A DNA stretch of 64,000 bases, taken from positions 69,316,001-69,380,000 of the forward strand of contig OX597825.1 of the NCBI GenBank assembly GCA_951406725.2, read 5' to 3'. Below, piece by piece: positions 40,521-53,354 of this stretch; position 1 is the first letter of the stretch, and each line of letters starts with the position of its first letter. Position numbers and translations under genes: made by a program. The notes beneath the pieces are model-generated. The model was not told the DNA's origin, searched no databases, and saw nothing but the letters and a program-made list of their open reading frames with translations. The stretch comes from Octopus vulgaris. Lineage: Eukaryota.

Positions 40521-41715
40521 ACAAGGAGAGAAAAAATATAGAGTGACAGAATGTGGAAAATGCGAGTATCTTTATTGGTCACTACAATCGTTTCGACCCA
40601 TCTAACATCGACTCCTCGCGGGAATATATAATCAGAGAGTAACACTATGTACACGGGAAGCTTGATGTGATGCTGACTTATGTAGTATTCTTGTTTCATT
40701 ATTGTGTAATTGTATTTGCATCTTTTCTTATACATTCTTATGTGTGTGTGTGTGTGTCCGATTTATCTATCTGCATTTATATGGCTATGCATTCACATTC
40801 AGTTATATATATCTATGTGCCTATTCGAAATCATTTTAAGTGTACGTGTGAGTGTATAAACCTACAAAGATGCGCCTGTAGACGTATGTTAACGTAAGTA
40901 TGCATATAGATATATACGCAGGAGTGTGTAGTTATGTATGTGAGTACGTATACATATAACAATATAGTCTAGACTATGTGAATATATCCATCTGTGTCCG
41001 TATGAATGCATGTCGATATTTATGCCCGTATTTATGAGTGTACATGTGCTATAAAGGTAGGCCAGCAGACATAGTGGAGCGTAGCACAGAATGTGCGGTT
41101 CCTCCCCTAGCCGTATCGTATCACTTGCCATTAATCGGCAACGTATATATTACCACATACTTAAATCTGCTGTAAGGGTGTGCAAGTGCCAGACCACGCG
41201 TGTATATATATTTGTATGAGCGTGTACTTTTGTACGAGCGTGTGTACGTGCGCCAGACCATATGTGTGTGGGCGTTTATATATCCATATCTACTAACGGT
41301 TACATGAAATAATTTTCTGTATTGTGTATTTATTTTCTTTCTCTTTTTGTATCTGCTCTTTGTTATTGATCTTCTATAAGAATGACGCAGTTTCCTTACA
41401 TTTGCTATTTCTATGTACAAAGACCAAGAAGGAAAAACACAGTAATAAGTTGTGCAAAACAGAGATTATCTTAACGACCTACCTCTTGAAATCAACTGAG
41501 GAGACACATCAACACCGAGGGATACACCCAAACGAATAGTGATGTATCCTACCCTCGAAGGATCTGTGCCAGATGGTTGTAGAATCGGTTGTAGAGATCA
41601 ATAAAGATTCTTTTTCATCTTCCATCTTACACATTAATTACATACCCAAAAGACATTAATCCATGTGTTTGTGTAAACACTTATTAACTTCTCAATCTCT
41701 ATTGTCTTTTCCTAC

Positions 41716-41765
<50 letters not shown>

Positions 41766-41770
41766 GTATG

Positions 41771-41805
<35 letters not shown>

Positions 41806-41951
41806 TCATATATATATAAGTTCAGCAAAATTTAGATTCAGATGAATATGGTACTTAAGTCAAAGGCACCAGAATTTTGTATGGTATTATCCATATAAAT
41901 CAATGGAGTGATTATAATCAAAATAAGCAACAAGTATATTCGAAGTATATA

Positions 41952-41995
<44 letters not shown>

Positions 41996-42032
41996 CCGAA
42001 TGAGTCTGGTTGTTAGATTGAATAAATGAATC

Positions 42033-42530
42033 GGCACCTTGTCGGTTACGACGACGAGCGTTTCATTTAATCCGATCAAGGAACATCTTTCCCGTAAATG
42101 AACTTGCAGGTAGCTGAGCACTCCACTGACACGTTTACCCTTAACATAGTCCTCAGGGAGATTCAACGTGACACAGAATGTGATATGGATGGCCCTCTTG
42201 AAATACATGTACAACTCATTTTTGCTAGCTGAGTGGCTTTGAGCAACATGAAATCAAGTGTCTTGCTCAAGATCACAGCGTGCCACCTGAAATCGAAGTA
42301 ACGACTTTAAGATCGTGAGCCGAATCACTACCCACAAGGGGCCAAACACAGGGAGGACAAACAAGGACAGACAAACGGATTAAGTCGATTACACCGACCC
42401 CAGTGCGTAACTGGTCCGAAAGGATGAAAGGCAAAGTCGACTTGGGCTGAATTTGAGCTCAGAACGTAACGGCAGACGAAATACAGCTACGCATTTCGCC
42501 CGGCGTGCTAACGTTTCTACCAACACGCCT
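42033..42530 (-). mobile_element. SINE C (42033-42325) interrupted at its head by SINE A (42326-42530)
   Basis: Both family bodies are recognisable in reverse complement. Confidence 0.85.
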
Positions 42531-43029
42531 TTCGCCCAATTACTACCGTTATATAAAATATTGGTAGAATGATTTTCTAATTTCACTTTTATTTTTTATT
42601 TTATGGTTTTTCAAGTCATAATTTAGAAATTTTCGAGAGAAGCTGAAACAATTGTTTGAACATTCTTATTAGAAAACGTAATTAGAAAACGTAACATACA
42701 TATAATTGAATCTCCGAAATGCAGAAACTATATACAAGTCAAGTCCAACTTTCGATTTTAAAAAGAAATTCATAGTCTTAAAATATGATGGACTTGTATC
42801 GATTTATTGATCATACAGGAAACCGTAGATATATGCTGATGAAAGAGGAAATATTTTGATAGAATGTCCAGACATCCTGTGATGTAATTGTATTATATCT
42901 ACACGTCTTTGTATCTATTTATCGACCTGTGACATTCTATTTCATCATTCCCTATCTCATAGACATTTTTATCACTTCTCTCTACATACATATATACATA
43001 CATACATACATTCATACACACACGCGTAC

Positions 43030-43272
43030 AGGCGTAGCTGCTTGGTTATAGAATTACTTCTCAAACTCATGGTTCAAAGTTCAGTCCTACTGTGTGGCAC
43101 CTTGGGCAAATGTCTCCTATAATAGCCTAGGGACGACCAAATCCTACTGAGTGCATTTGGTATAGGGAAACTGAAAGGAAGCCCATCGTATATTTATATA
43201 TACATACGCTCGCGCACGCACACTCGGGTTCTTTAGCGTATGTATATATAATTATATATGTATGTATATATG

Positions 43273-43330
<58 letters not shown>

Positions 43331-43490
43331 CGTGTGTTTGTGTGTGTCCCCCTGCCTGTGTCTGTCTCGAATCACCACTTGACAACCGGTGTTGGTGAGC
43401 TTACGTCCCGTAACCTAGCGTCTCGACAAAAGTGAACGTTTTAATAAGTACCAGGTTTCAAGGGAAAGAGTACCGGGGATTGATTCCCTC
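43030..43490 (+). mobile_element. SINE family B with expanded internal (TA)/(TG) tract
   Basis: aggcgtagctgcttggtta...tcagtcctactgtgtggcaccttgggcaaatg...ttgacaaccggtgttggt...aataagtaccagg. Confidence 0.8.
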
Positions 43491-43510
43491 TCATGAGTGA
43501 AACTAGTAAA

Positions 43511-43512
<2 letters not shown>

Positions 43513-43575
<63 letters not shown>

Positions 43576-43751
43576 TACATATATACATATATATATATAC
43601 ATATATACATATACATATATACATATATATATATATATGCATATATATATATACACACACATATGTATATATATATACACATACATATATACATACATGC
43701 ATATATGTATATACATATATATATGTATACACACACACACATATATATATA

Positions 43752-43822
<71 letters not shown>
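43513..43822. repeat. Long compound (TA)n/(TACA) microsatellite
   Basis: Directly visible. Confidence 0.95.
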
Positions 43823-44379
43823 ACGTATTCCATACATGTCGCCCACTTTGTGTCTCTGTCTATACGTTATCTCACCATTCTTCCTCTTCACTGCGTTTAA
43901 CAGAATACAATGGAAATCCGTTCTTTTTCCTGTTAAAAGCGGTGTAAGTAAAGGAATATATGTTTTGCATGATTGTGTATATGTCATTATTTCGGTGCAT
44001 CTAATGTTTGTTAATGTTTCGTAAACTAGTATAATTCAACAATGAAAATGTGAATATGTGATAGAGGAAGAAAGAGAGACAGTGCGTGTATATAAGGGAG
44101 TGGCAATGCATGTGTGTGTGTGTGAAAGGGAAAGAAGGTGCATGGAGACAATATCTTTATCTTCAATTCTTTACTTGTTTCACTCATGAGATCACTGCCA
44201 TACTTGGGTAATGCATCGTAGGGTGTGGTCGAAGAAATCGAATGTAGCAATTACATTTTTCTAAGCTTGGTACTTAAGTCATCAGCCTCTTTTGTGGAAC
44301 AGTTAAGTACGGGGACTAAGCAAACCAGCGCAGTTATCAAGCATGTTTACATATGTATATATGTATATGTATGCTATGC

Positions 44380-44425
<46 letters not shown>

Positions 44426-44686
44426 TCGACACGGGCGATTCTTTCTTGTATATTATATATAAATTAGATATAAGGATAAACTCTATATCAGATTTTAGCA
44501 AGTAGCCAGCTTGTAAAACCGGTAAATGTAAAATAGTAATACTAAGTTTATAATTTTTAAAAATACATTATTGCTGTAACAGCCCTTAATGTAATAATAA
44601 TAATGGTAACAAATATAATAATAATAATAACATATACATACATACATATACATATAAATATATATATATATATATACATACATGCA

Positions 44687-45478
44687 CAGTATCTCACAGA
44701 TGTAAGTACACCGCTACAAAATTTCAGTAAAATTGCCATTACTCTGATAATATCGAAATTTATTATACTGAATAAAATATATTGCACATGCAAAAATTAT
44801 ACAAATTGGAATCACAAAACGATAGACATGTTCAAAGATATAAAAGAAATATTAATTTTGAAACGTTGCAAAAATATGTACACCCTAAAGGAAATTTGTT
44901 ATCTTCAATTTTGTATCATGTTTTCTTTTTTACTAAATTCAGATAATGCTGATAATTTCAATTCTAATAAATTATTACTCCTGGCATTTTTGCACTGGTC
45001 ATTGTTATTGCATCTTCAGAAATTCCGATTTGTGTACCGTGGTGAAAATCGTCATTGTGATTAGAATGGCACCAAAAGGAATATAATTTTCTGAAGATTT
45101 CCAGAAAATTACTTTTTAATTTGCACAACAATGGTTTAGGATAAAAGTTGATTAGAAAACGAATATATATTAGAGTAAACACAGTTGCCAAAGTAATTCA
45201 GAAGTTCAAATCTACTGGACAGTTAGGCAATAAATATCGCCCAGGCTGCACCTCCATTTTTAAATGCGCGTGATATTCGCCACAACCAACGTTGCATAAT
45301 GGATGACAGGCGTGGTAACGCTTCTTCTTTGGCACAAGAAATGTTACTGGAAAGATTGTATCCGCTCAAACAGTTCACTGGAGTTTGAACAAGTGTGGTC
45401 TTCATGGACGCGTTCCTCGTAGGAATATACGTCGTACCGAAATCGATGAAAGCAAGCTAAGAGAATTTAAAAAAAAAA
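44687..45478 (+). pseudogene. Tc1 element left end with transposase N-terminal (HTH) relic
   Basis: TIR cagtatctcacagatgtaagtacacc with a second direct repeat aaaatatgtacaccc near 44872. From ATG 45066, with frameshifts: MAPKG..SED..LHNNGLG*KLI...NTVAKVIQKFKSTG...RPG...VSAQTVH.SL...GLHGRVPRR. Confidence 0.87.
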
Positions 45479-45846
45479 TTTCGTTATCTCTATATTGAAT
45501 CAATTTCGGGATTAATCCCACGGATGTTTTCCTCTTCAGTAGAGAATACGATAAGAAATAAATGAAATGGAAAAAAAAAAAGCAGAAGCAAGAGTCATGA
45601 GTGAACATAAGTATCCCAAACGAATAGAAAAATTCTGTTATCTTGCCTTCCTCGATTTCAGCACGACGTGTATTCATAGCGAATGTATATTGTATGTAGT
45701 GATTGACAATTTAAAGTCTATTCTCAGCATATTTGCGTAGAAATCATTGTCCTTTATAATTGCTTATAATTTTCACCAAAGGTATTTTAATATGCTGGCC
45801 ACTTTGATGAAATCTCTTTTGCCCAGAAATTTATCCTATATTAGAA

Positions 45847-45892
<46 letters not shown>

Positions 45893-46333
45893 AGTATTGG
45901 TGTCATTGAGACCCAAAGGTGTCAAGTAATGCTGAATAAGTGCTATAAACAGACCATAGTTAAGTTCCAGGTTCGGTGATTATGCAAATAAGGGGTTCAA
46001 CGTTGGTCATATGTCACCGTGTATATATAATAGTTTCTAGGATATTTATTAATTTTATATATTAATATATATAGGATATATAATAAGTAGTGAGGTGAAT
46101 ATGTGAGATATGTAGGGATATCTATTCTTTTCCTCCAAAGGTGTATCTTATCACTTAACCATACCGTCTCTGCTGAATAAGTGCTTGAAACAGACCATAG
46201 TTAAGTTCCAGGTTCATTACACAAAAAATTATTATATATATATACATACATATATATATATATATATGTCCTTTTTCATTTTTATCTGATTATGCGAATA
46301 AGGGGTTCAACGTTGGTCATATGTCACCGTGTG

Positions 46334-46740
46334 TATATAAGAAGTTTTTGCGTAATGAGATATAAAACCAAAGCAGTGTAGATATTAGAACATTTATAGA
46401 TAGGTCTTACAGCTGTTTCTAGCATATTTATTAATTATATCCCTTCACAGGATTCGGTGTGAAAGGATGGTTAAGTAATAATTAATTTAGATAGGATACA
46501 AAATAGAGAGTGAGGTGGAGGAAAAAAATAGATGTGAGATATGTAGGGATATCTATTCTTTTCCTCCACCTCACTCTCTATTTTGTATCTTATCTAAATT
46601 ACTTAACCATCTCTCACACCGTCTCTGATGAAGGGATATACTTAATAAATATGCTAGAAACAGCTGTAAGACCTATCTATAAGTGTTGTAATATCTACAC
46701 TGCCTTCATTTGTTTATCTCATTACACAAAAAATTCTTAT
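46334..46740. mobile_element. Inverted-repeat PLE-terminus element with hammerhead
   Basis: 46334-46533 is an imperfect reverse complement of 46551-46740, with a 17-nt spacer. Confidence 0.82.
46621..46672 (+). ncRNA. Type I minimal hammerhead ribozyme
   Basis: gtct-CUGAUGA-a-gggatat...atatgct-a-GAAA-c-agct-GUA-agac; stem I gtct/agac; palindromic stem III acagctgt. Confidence 0.72.
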
Positions 46741-46754
46741 ATATATATACATAC

Positions 46755-46792
<38 letters not shown>

Positions 46793-48306
46793 GTTCTTTT
46801 TTCATTTTTATCTACCAAATCCATTGATAAGCTTCCTGTTGAGATTGGGCTATATTAGAGGTTACCTGTCGTATGCGCCACGCAGTGGGTCTAGATACAA
46901 CACCATGTGGGTAGGAAACAAAAGTTTTTACTTCACACCTATGCATAAAACAAGCGCTAGATAAAACAGGTAGCTCCTCCCTTCAATTTCCTCTAATTTG
47001 TAGTTATCTCCATACAGTAATCTCTCAGAATTATCTGAGCCGCATTAACCAGCCAGTTTTAGCATTGAGGTAATTTCCTGAGATCGATTCATCTCTTGAC
47101 GCAAATTAATACCAGATCGGAATTTGGCTAAAGAGATGATATTTAACAATTCCGGCTATGTCTGCAATTGCTGTTTCTCTAGTTAATGCATATGTGTATA
47201 CAAGTTTGATTGGGATAAACAGAAGGAATAGAATCTATGGAAAGCTAGCGATGCTAAAATCGCTGCAAATGTTTTTCTTTTATTGAAGGTGTTGTCTTTG
47301 TGGACTAACTCTCTTGCGAGCGTTTGAACCAGACTTACGGTTGCTTCAGAATATCTTCCTAGAACTAATCTGAAGGGTCCTTTAACAGGCCATGACCATT
47401 CCTTCTCACTCAAAAATTTTTGAAAAATACAGTCAAGCACATCATAATAGCTGGACCTCAATTCTTAATTTGGTTAGAAAACTCATAATATGGAAAGAGT
47501 TAAACAAGAAAACAACATGAGAAGAAAAAAAACGATCGATCATGGCGCTTCACACAGTATATGTTTGGAATAATGATTTGATGCACGTTATTCTATACTG
47601 AAATGTAAATGATATCGATAACCAACCGGAAATAAATCTATTTTGATAAGGAAAATGTCTCTTGCTGAATCTATTGTTAAGTATCAAAAAAGCTATACAC
47701 TGTAGTTCTATTAAGAGCGGGTAGTCTAGATGCGTTTTTAACAAACCACGCTTCAGTAATACTTTCTTCCATTTGCAATTGTCAATAATAATGATAGTCA
47801 TGAGAATATGAAGCAGAGGACAATTTGGAAGAAGTAGAACAAGAAGATGAAGAAGAAGAGGAGGAGGGTAGGGGGAAATGTAAAGCACAGGAAAATGGAC
47901 AAACAACGTCGTCATTGAGAACGACAGGAATAAAAAAGATATTTAATAAATGAGGAACTGGTATAATCGTAAAATAAAAAGTAGGAGAAAATATAGCAAA
48001 GGAAAGGAAAAACAAAAAGGTAAAAAAAAAGAAGACTTGGATAATGCAAAAGGGGAAAAATGCATTGAAGAATAACTAACTGGTGTGACTATAAATGAGA
48101 ACAAAAAAAAAGCAACAACAAAATAACCAAGAAATGAGATAAACTTAAACTGCTCACTGAAAAGGAAATAATTTACGTTTCCATAGCAACGCAGTTGAAA
48201 ATTGTAATTTTCAACGAATAACTCTAAATTGATAATATAATTAATTTTAACGGGTTTCATCGGATAACTAGTGGCATTTAAGTCAAATCACCTGGAAGCA
48301 GTACTG

Positions 48307-48369
48307 AATTCTGATTTTAAGATTCGGATGATCCGATTATTTTTTACCTGGCGCCATTACACTTTGAGT

Positions 48370-48448
<79 letters not shown>

Positions 48449-48919
48449 ATATATATATATGTATGTATGTATCTATCTATCCATATGTACGTATCTATTT
48501 ATATGTATCTACGTATCAATATATATGTATGTATGTATCTATATATATGTATCTATGTATCTATATATATGTATGTATCTATATATATATGTATGTATGT
48601 ATCTATATATGCATATATGTATGTATGTATGTATGTATGTATATATATGTTATTGTACATATATATATATATATGTATGTATTTATATATATATGTATGT
48701 ATTCATATATGTATGTATCTATATATGTATATATATATATATATGTATGTGTATATATGTTCATATATATGTATATATATGTATGTATTTATATATGTAT
48801 ATGTATATATATGTGTGTATATATGTTTATATATATATATATGTATATATGATACTCAAAGTATAATGGCGCCATGTAAAAATGAATAATCGGATCATCC
48901 GAATCTTTAAATCAGAATT
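48307..48919. repeat. ~68-bp inverted repeats enclosing a ~475-bp TA/TATG microsatellite
   Basis: 48307-48374 pairs with 48849-48919 (ctgattttaagattcggatgatccgattatt...ggcgccattacactttgagtatc). Confidence 0.92.
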
Positions 48920-49284
48920 ATATATATATATATATATATATGCAAGACATTTGAAATAAATGATAAATTTTGTCTACAGAAATTTTATCATTAGTTATTC
49001 ATACACCATATTTAATTCTCTGTCCGACATATGTTTCTAGTGCATGGTTATGTCGTTATTTCATTTGCATCCTGTTTGTTCATCTGTATTCGGATTTAAT
49101 TCAGGTTATATACGTATCCATACAACTTTATTCAAGTTATCACCACTCTTAAAGTTTGAAGCAAACAATCAATTTTAATAGTGGCAACATTCGAATAACG
49201 CTTTTCGAACAATGCTATTCCAATTTGAATAATGTTGCTTTTCCAATTGCAATCACCGAATGCGTCTATGTACGAATGTATTCA

Positions 49285-49645
49285 TTAACTTGCTTCAGTC
49301 ACTTCACTGCGGCTATGCTGGAGCACCACATTTAGTCGAACAAATACCCCAGGAATTATTCTTTATAAGCCTAATACTTATACTCTCGTCAACTTTTCCG
49401 AACCGCTAAGTTACGAGGAGGTAAACGCACCAACATCGTTCGTCAAGCGATAGTGGGGGACAACACACACACACACACACAAATATATACATATACATAA
49501 TATATATATATATACTTCATATATGTGTATATATACATACATACATATATATTATACGACGGGCTTTTTAAGACTCCGTCTGCCAAATCCACTCGCAGGC
49601 TTTTCGTCGGCCCGAGGCTATCGTCGAAGATACATGCCCAAGTTC
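49285..49645 (-). mobile_element. SINE family B, 5'-truncated
   Basis: cttgcttcagtcacttcactgcggctatgctggagcacc...ccgaaccgctaagttacg...gacgggctt...cggcccgaggcta. Confidence 0.85.
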
Positions 49646-49681
49646 CCAAGTTCCCAGGCTATCTAGCCAGCTAGTATTATA

Positions 49682-50940
49682 TCAGGCAATCCTATAAGTT
49701 CTGTCCGAATTTTGAATAAAGAAAACAAGTGATTAAATGTTATATTGAATTTGAATTTAATCATCAATATACTTTCACTGATTATCTATGACTTTCTTCC
49801 ATCTATTTAAAAGCTTTTTAATCCCATCAATGTAAAACTCTTTTGGTTTCAAAGCAAAGAACTCTGAAATGTCAGTTTCGACCTCCTCCTGGCTAGCGAA
49901 AGTTATGTCTCCCAAATGATTCTGTAAACTACGAAACAAATGGTAGACTGAAGGATTAAGGTCGGGAGAATAAGGTGGATGAGGAATTTTTTCCCAACCA
50001 AGTTCTTCGATCTTCTGTGATATGATCTTTGCATTGTGGGATCGCGCATCGTCCTGATGAAACATCACTCCTTTTCGATTCACTAAAGCGAGTCTTCTTT
50101 TTATTCAAAGCTTGGTTCAAACGCTCTAATTGCTGACAGTAGACTTGAACATTCATTGTTGCATTAGGTGATAACAATTCAAAGTGTATTACTCCCTTGC
50201 AATCTCACCAGATAGAGAGAACCTTTTTTCCTATGAAGTTCCCTTCTCGGTTGTGTTGAGCTTTTTCCCTTTTACCAAGCCACTGTTTACGACGTTTAAC
50301 ATTTCGATACAAGATCCATTATTCGTCACCAGTCTATCCAAAAAGAGTGAAATAAATTCGCGAGAATGGAGAGAAGAGAAGATGTCAACTCGGGATTCGC
50401 GGCTGCTTTCGGATAATTCATGAGGCACCCATTTTCCAAGTTCAGGAAACTTACCGAGTTGTTGAAGATGACGATGAACAGTTGTATGGTTTGAACGAAG
50501 CTTTATTGCCAATTCTTCAACTGATAATGCAGGATTTTCTTCAAGTAATGCCTCATCAAACTCAACTGGACACTCTGTTCAATGTTCATCTTGAAGGCTG
50601 AAATCTCCACTTTTGAATTTTGCAGAATATCTTTCATTCAAGCATCCTTTCCCATAAACTGAGTGTATGTTTCAATTCGCACCGGCTGCAGAGTTTCCTT
50701 TTTGGTACTCATAAAGCATTATGTGCCTTAAATGCCCTTTGGATACTTCCGTGTTAGAAAGAGTTGTAATCAGGAATAGAAAATTTAATTCTATTATTCT
50801 GTAAAATAATATTTAATTAGTTTAAATGTACAGAAATGCATAAAAATAATCTTTAATTCCATTAGACATTCTAAAATACTATTAAATTCCATTCAGTTTT
50901 AAAAAAGGTAAAATTGGACAGAACTTATGGGATGACCTGA
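49682..50940 (-). mobile_element. Full-length decayed mariner transposon
   Basis: TA-flanked TIRs tcaggcaatcctataagttctgtcc / ggacagaacttatgggatgacctga. Transposase fragments WVPHEL, FHQDDARSH, HPPYSPDLNPSVYHLFRSLQNHL; start codon mutated to ACG at about 50752; frameshifts. Confidence 0.95.
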
Positions 50941-51380
50941 TAACCTCGCTGGGTTCTTTTGTAATCTGTTGAGGCCTCATTGAGACATTATCGGTATATT
51001 TTTCAAATATTAATGGGAGTGCGACAAATTGCATGATTCAAATTTAATTACCGGAAACAAAATTTTTCCCCAGAAATTTTAATCTCATTTAATCTTCTGT
51101 CATGACTTATGACATTTCTACTTTGATTCCAATAGAGAGCTGTTTTGGTTAATAAGTAGCGAATGAATATATAAGCGAATTTAATCAATACACATATGTC
51201 TTTCACGGTCCTGCTGATGAACGGAATACACGAATGGATATCAATACAGGAGTTTATCTCGCTGATAACACATTTGTGGAGAGAGTAAGCCTATATCTGA
51301 TATATCTAAATACTGTTTACTATTTCATTGGTTGTTAATTGAATTCTTTTATAGTATACGTATTTATGCATATCTCACTC

Positions 51381-51483
<103 letters not shown>

Positions 51484-51777
51484 TTTCTGCGTGTGTGTTT
51501 GTATGTGTGTGTGCGTGTGTATAACTTGCCTCAAGAACCTGTGTACGCATAGGCGAAACTCAGAATAGTAAGAGAGTGATTGGACCAGAAGAAAATATAT
51601 TATTAACCTCTACTATAATACATACATATAGTACATAATATACATACATACATACATGTGTATGTGTGTGTGTATATAAAATATATAATACAAATCTTAC
51701 ATAAAATATTATTTATTACGTTATACGTGTCTCCCTATATAAATATGTATTTAAATGTATATATATAAGTATATATA

Positions 51778-51838
<61 letters not shown>

Positions 51839-51932
51839 GTATATATCAATGCTCATGCATACATGCACACACCACTCTCTTTCACTCCCTCTCACCCTCT
51901 CTATGAATATATATAAATATATATGTATTATA

Positions 51933-52335
51933 GTTGTAGGGGTAGCTGTGTGGTAAGTAGCTTGCTTACCAACCACATAGTTCCGGGTTCATTCCCACTG
52001 CGTGGTACCTTGGGAAAGTGTCTTCTACTCTAGCCTCGGGCCGACCAAAGCCTTTGGAGTGGAAAGAAGCCCGTCGTATATATATATATATTATATATAT
52101 ATATATGTATGTATGTGTGTATATGTTTGTGTGTCTGTGTTTGTCTCCCAACATCACTTGACAACCAATGGCGGTGTGTTTACGTCTCCGTAACCTAGCG
52201 GTTCGGCAACAGAGACCGATAGAATAAGTACTAGGCTTCCAAAGAATAAGTCGTGGGGTCGATTCACTCGACTAAAGGCGGTGCTACAGCATGGCCACAG
52301 TTAAATAACTGACACAAGTAAAAGAGAAAAAGAGA
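51933..52335 (+). mobile_element. SINE family B, near full length
   Basis: Head, internal microsatellite and 3' tail all present. Confidence 0.92.
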
Positions 52336-53354
52336 GAAAGAGAGATATGTGTATATATGACACCACTTCTGCTATGTGCACTACTTTTGATCTTCTTTTC
52401 TAGATTTTGTGTGGAATTACCATTTTGACGTGTTTCAGTAATATATACATTTATTTCTATATACGAGCACATACATACACAGACACACACTCACACACAT
52501 ATACTTTTAAGCAAATTCCCCGCACGCAAGTGCAGGTGGTGGCACATAAAAATAGAGATGAGTTAGCTATGTTTAATGAAAAGAAAACTTTAGAACTTTT
52601 TAATTTTTCGCAGTTATAGTCTGCTGACTCCACATATTGCGGCAGCTGTTATTGCATTTAGATAAAAAAAGGAATTGCACACGCTCTCACAGACACACGA
52701 ATTCTCACACACATTGAAACACACAGAGACACACACGTTTAATAAACTTCAAATACCAGAGGTGAGAAAGCGTTTGAAAACACAGCAAAGATATCTTCTA
52801 GTAAAAGGCAATTTGCAACGTTAGCATCTTAGAGGCTTAACCTGTGACTTCAGAAACAGCTGAAATGTGAAGTAATCATATATGAGACAGACACGACTAA
52901 AAGAAAGATGAAACACAATATAATAGTCACATAAAATTGAAACCAGCTTAGGAGCCTGTACAAGTCTGTTTTCTACGCTAGAAGTGGTAACCAATTTGCA
53001 CTGAAATCATTTCTTGCAGCTTTAAATATACAACGTCATTATTACGTTATTGTAGCCTTAAAATATAAATAGATATCCGTCGCTTTCGACGATGCAAATG
53101 CATTTTTTTGAATCATTGAAATATCGAGCCAAATGCTACATATTACAGTGAAATATATATCATTAACACTGATTAAATAATCTTGGCCCTTAAATTGCAT
53201 TTTCATGCAATTTAATTTCATTTACTATGCTTGATTCGACACGAAATTATGATAAAGAAAGCCTTGCGGTGCAATTGAACCTTAGATATCGGGATTGCAA
53301 AGTGATTTTCTGAACTATTCGAGCATCATGTTTTCTTTGTGGCAAAGTACTGCG

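Noticed and set aside
43415-44024. YIYIYI-type ORFs here and throughout the window
   Set aside because: Translations of (TA)n, (TATG)n and (TATC)n microsatellites.
47183-47461. 92-aa non-repetitive ORF as a host exon
   Set aside because: No recognisable motif or supporting neighbouring exons; needs RNA-seq or homology.
51214-51260. CTGATGA matches at 51214, 39683 and 42836 as hammerheads
   Set aside because: No stem II with GAAAC and cleavage triplet in the correct arrangement.
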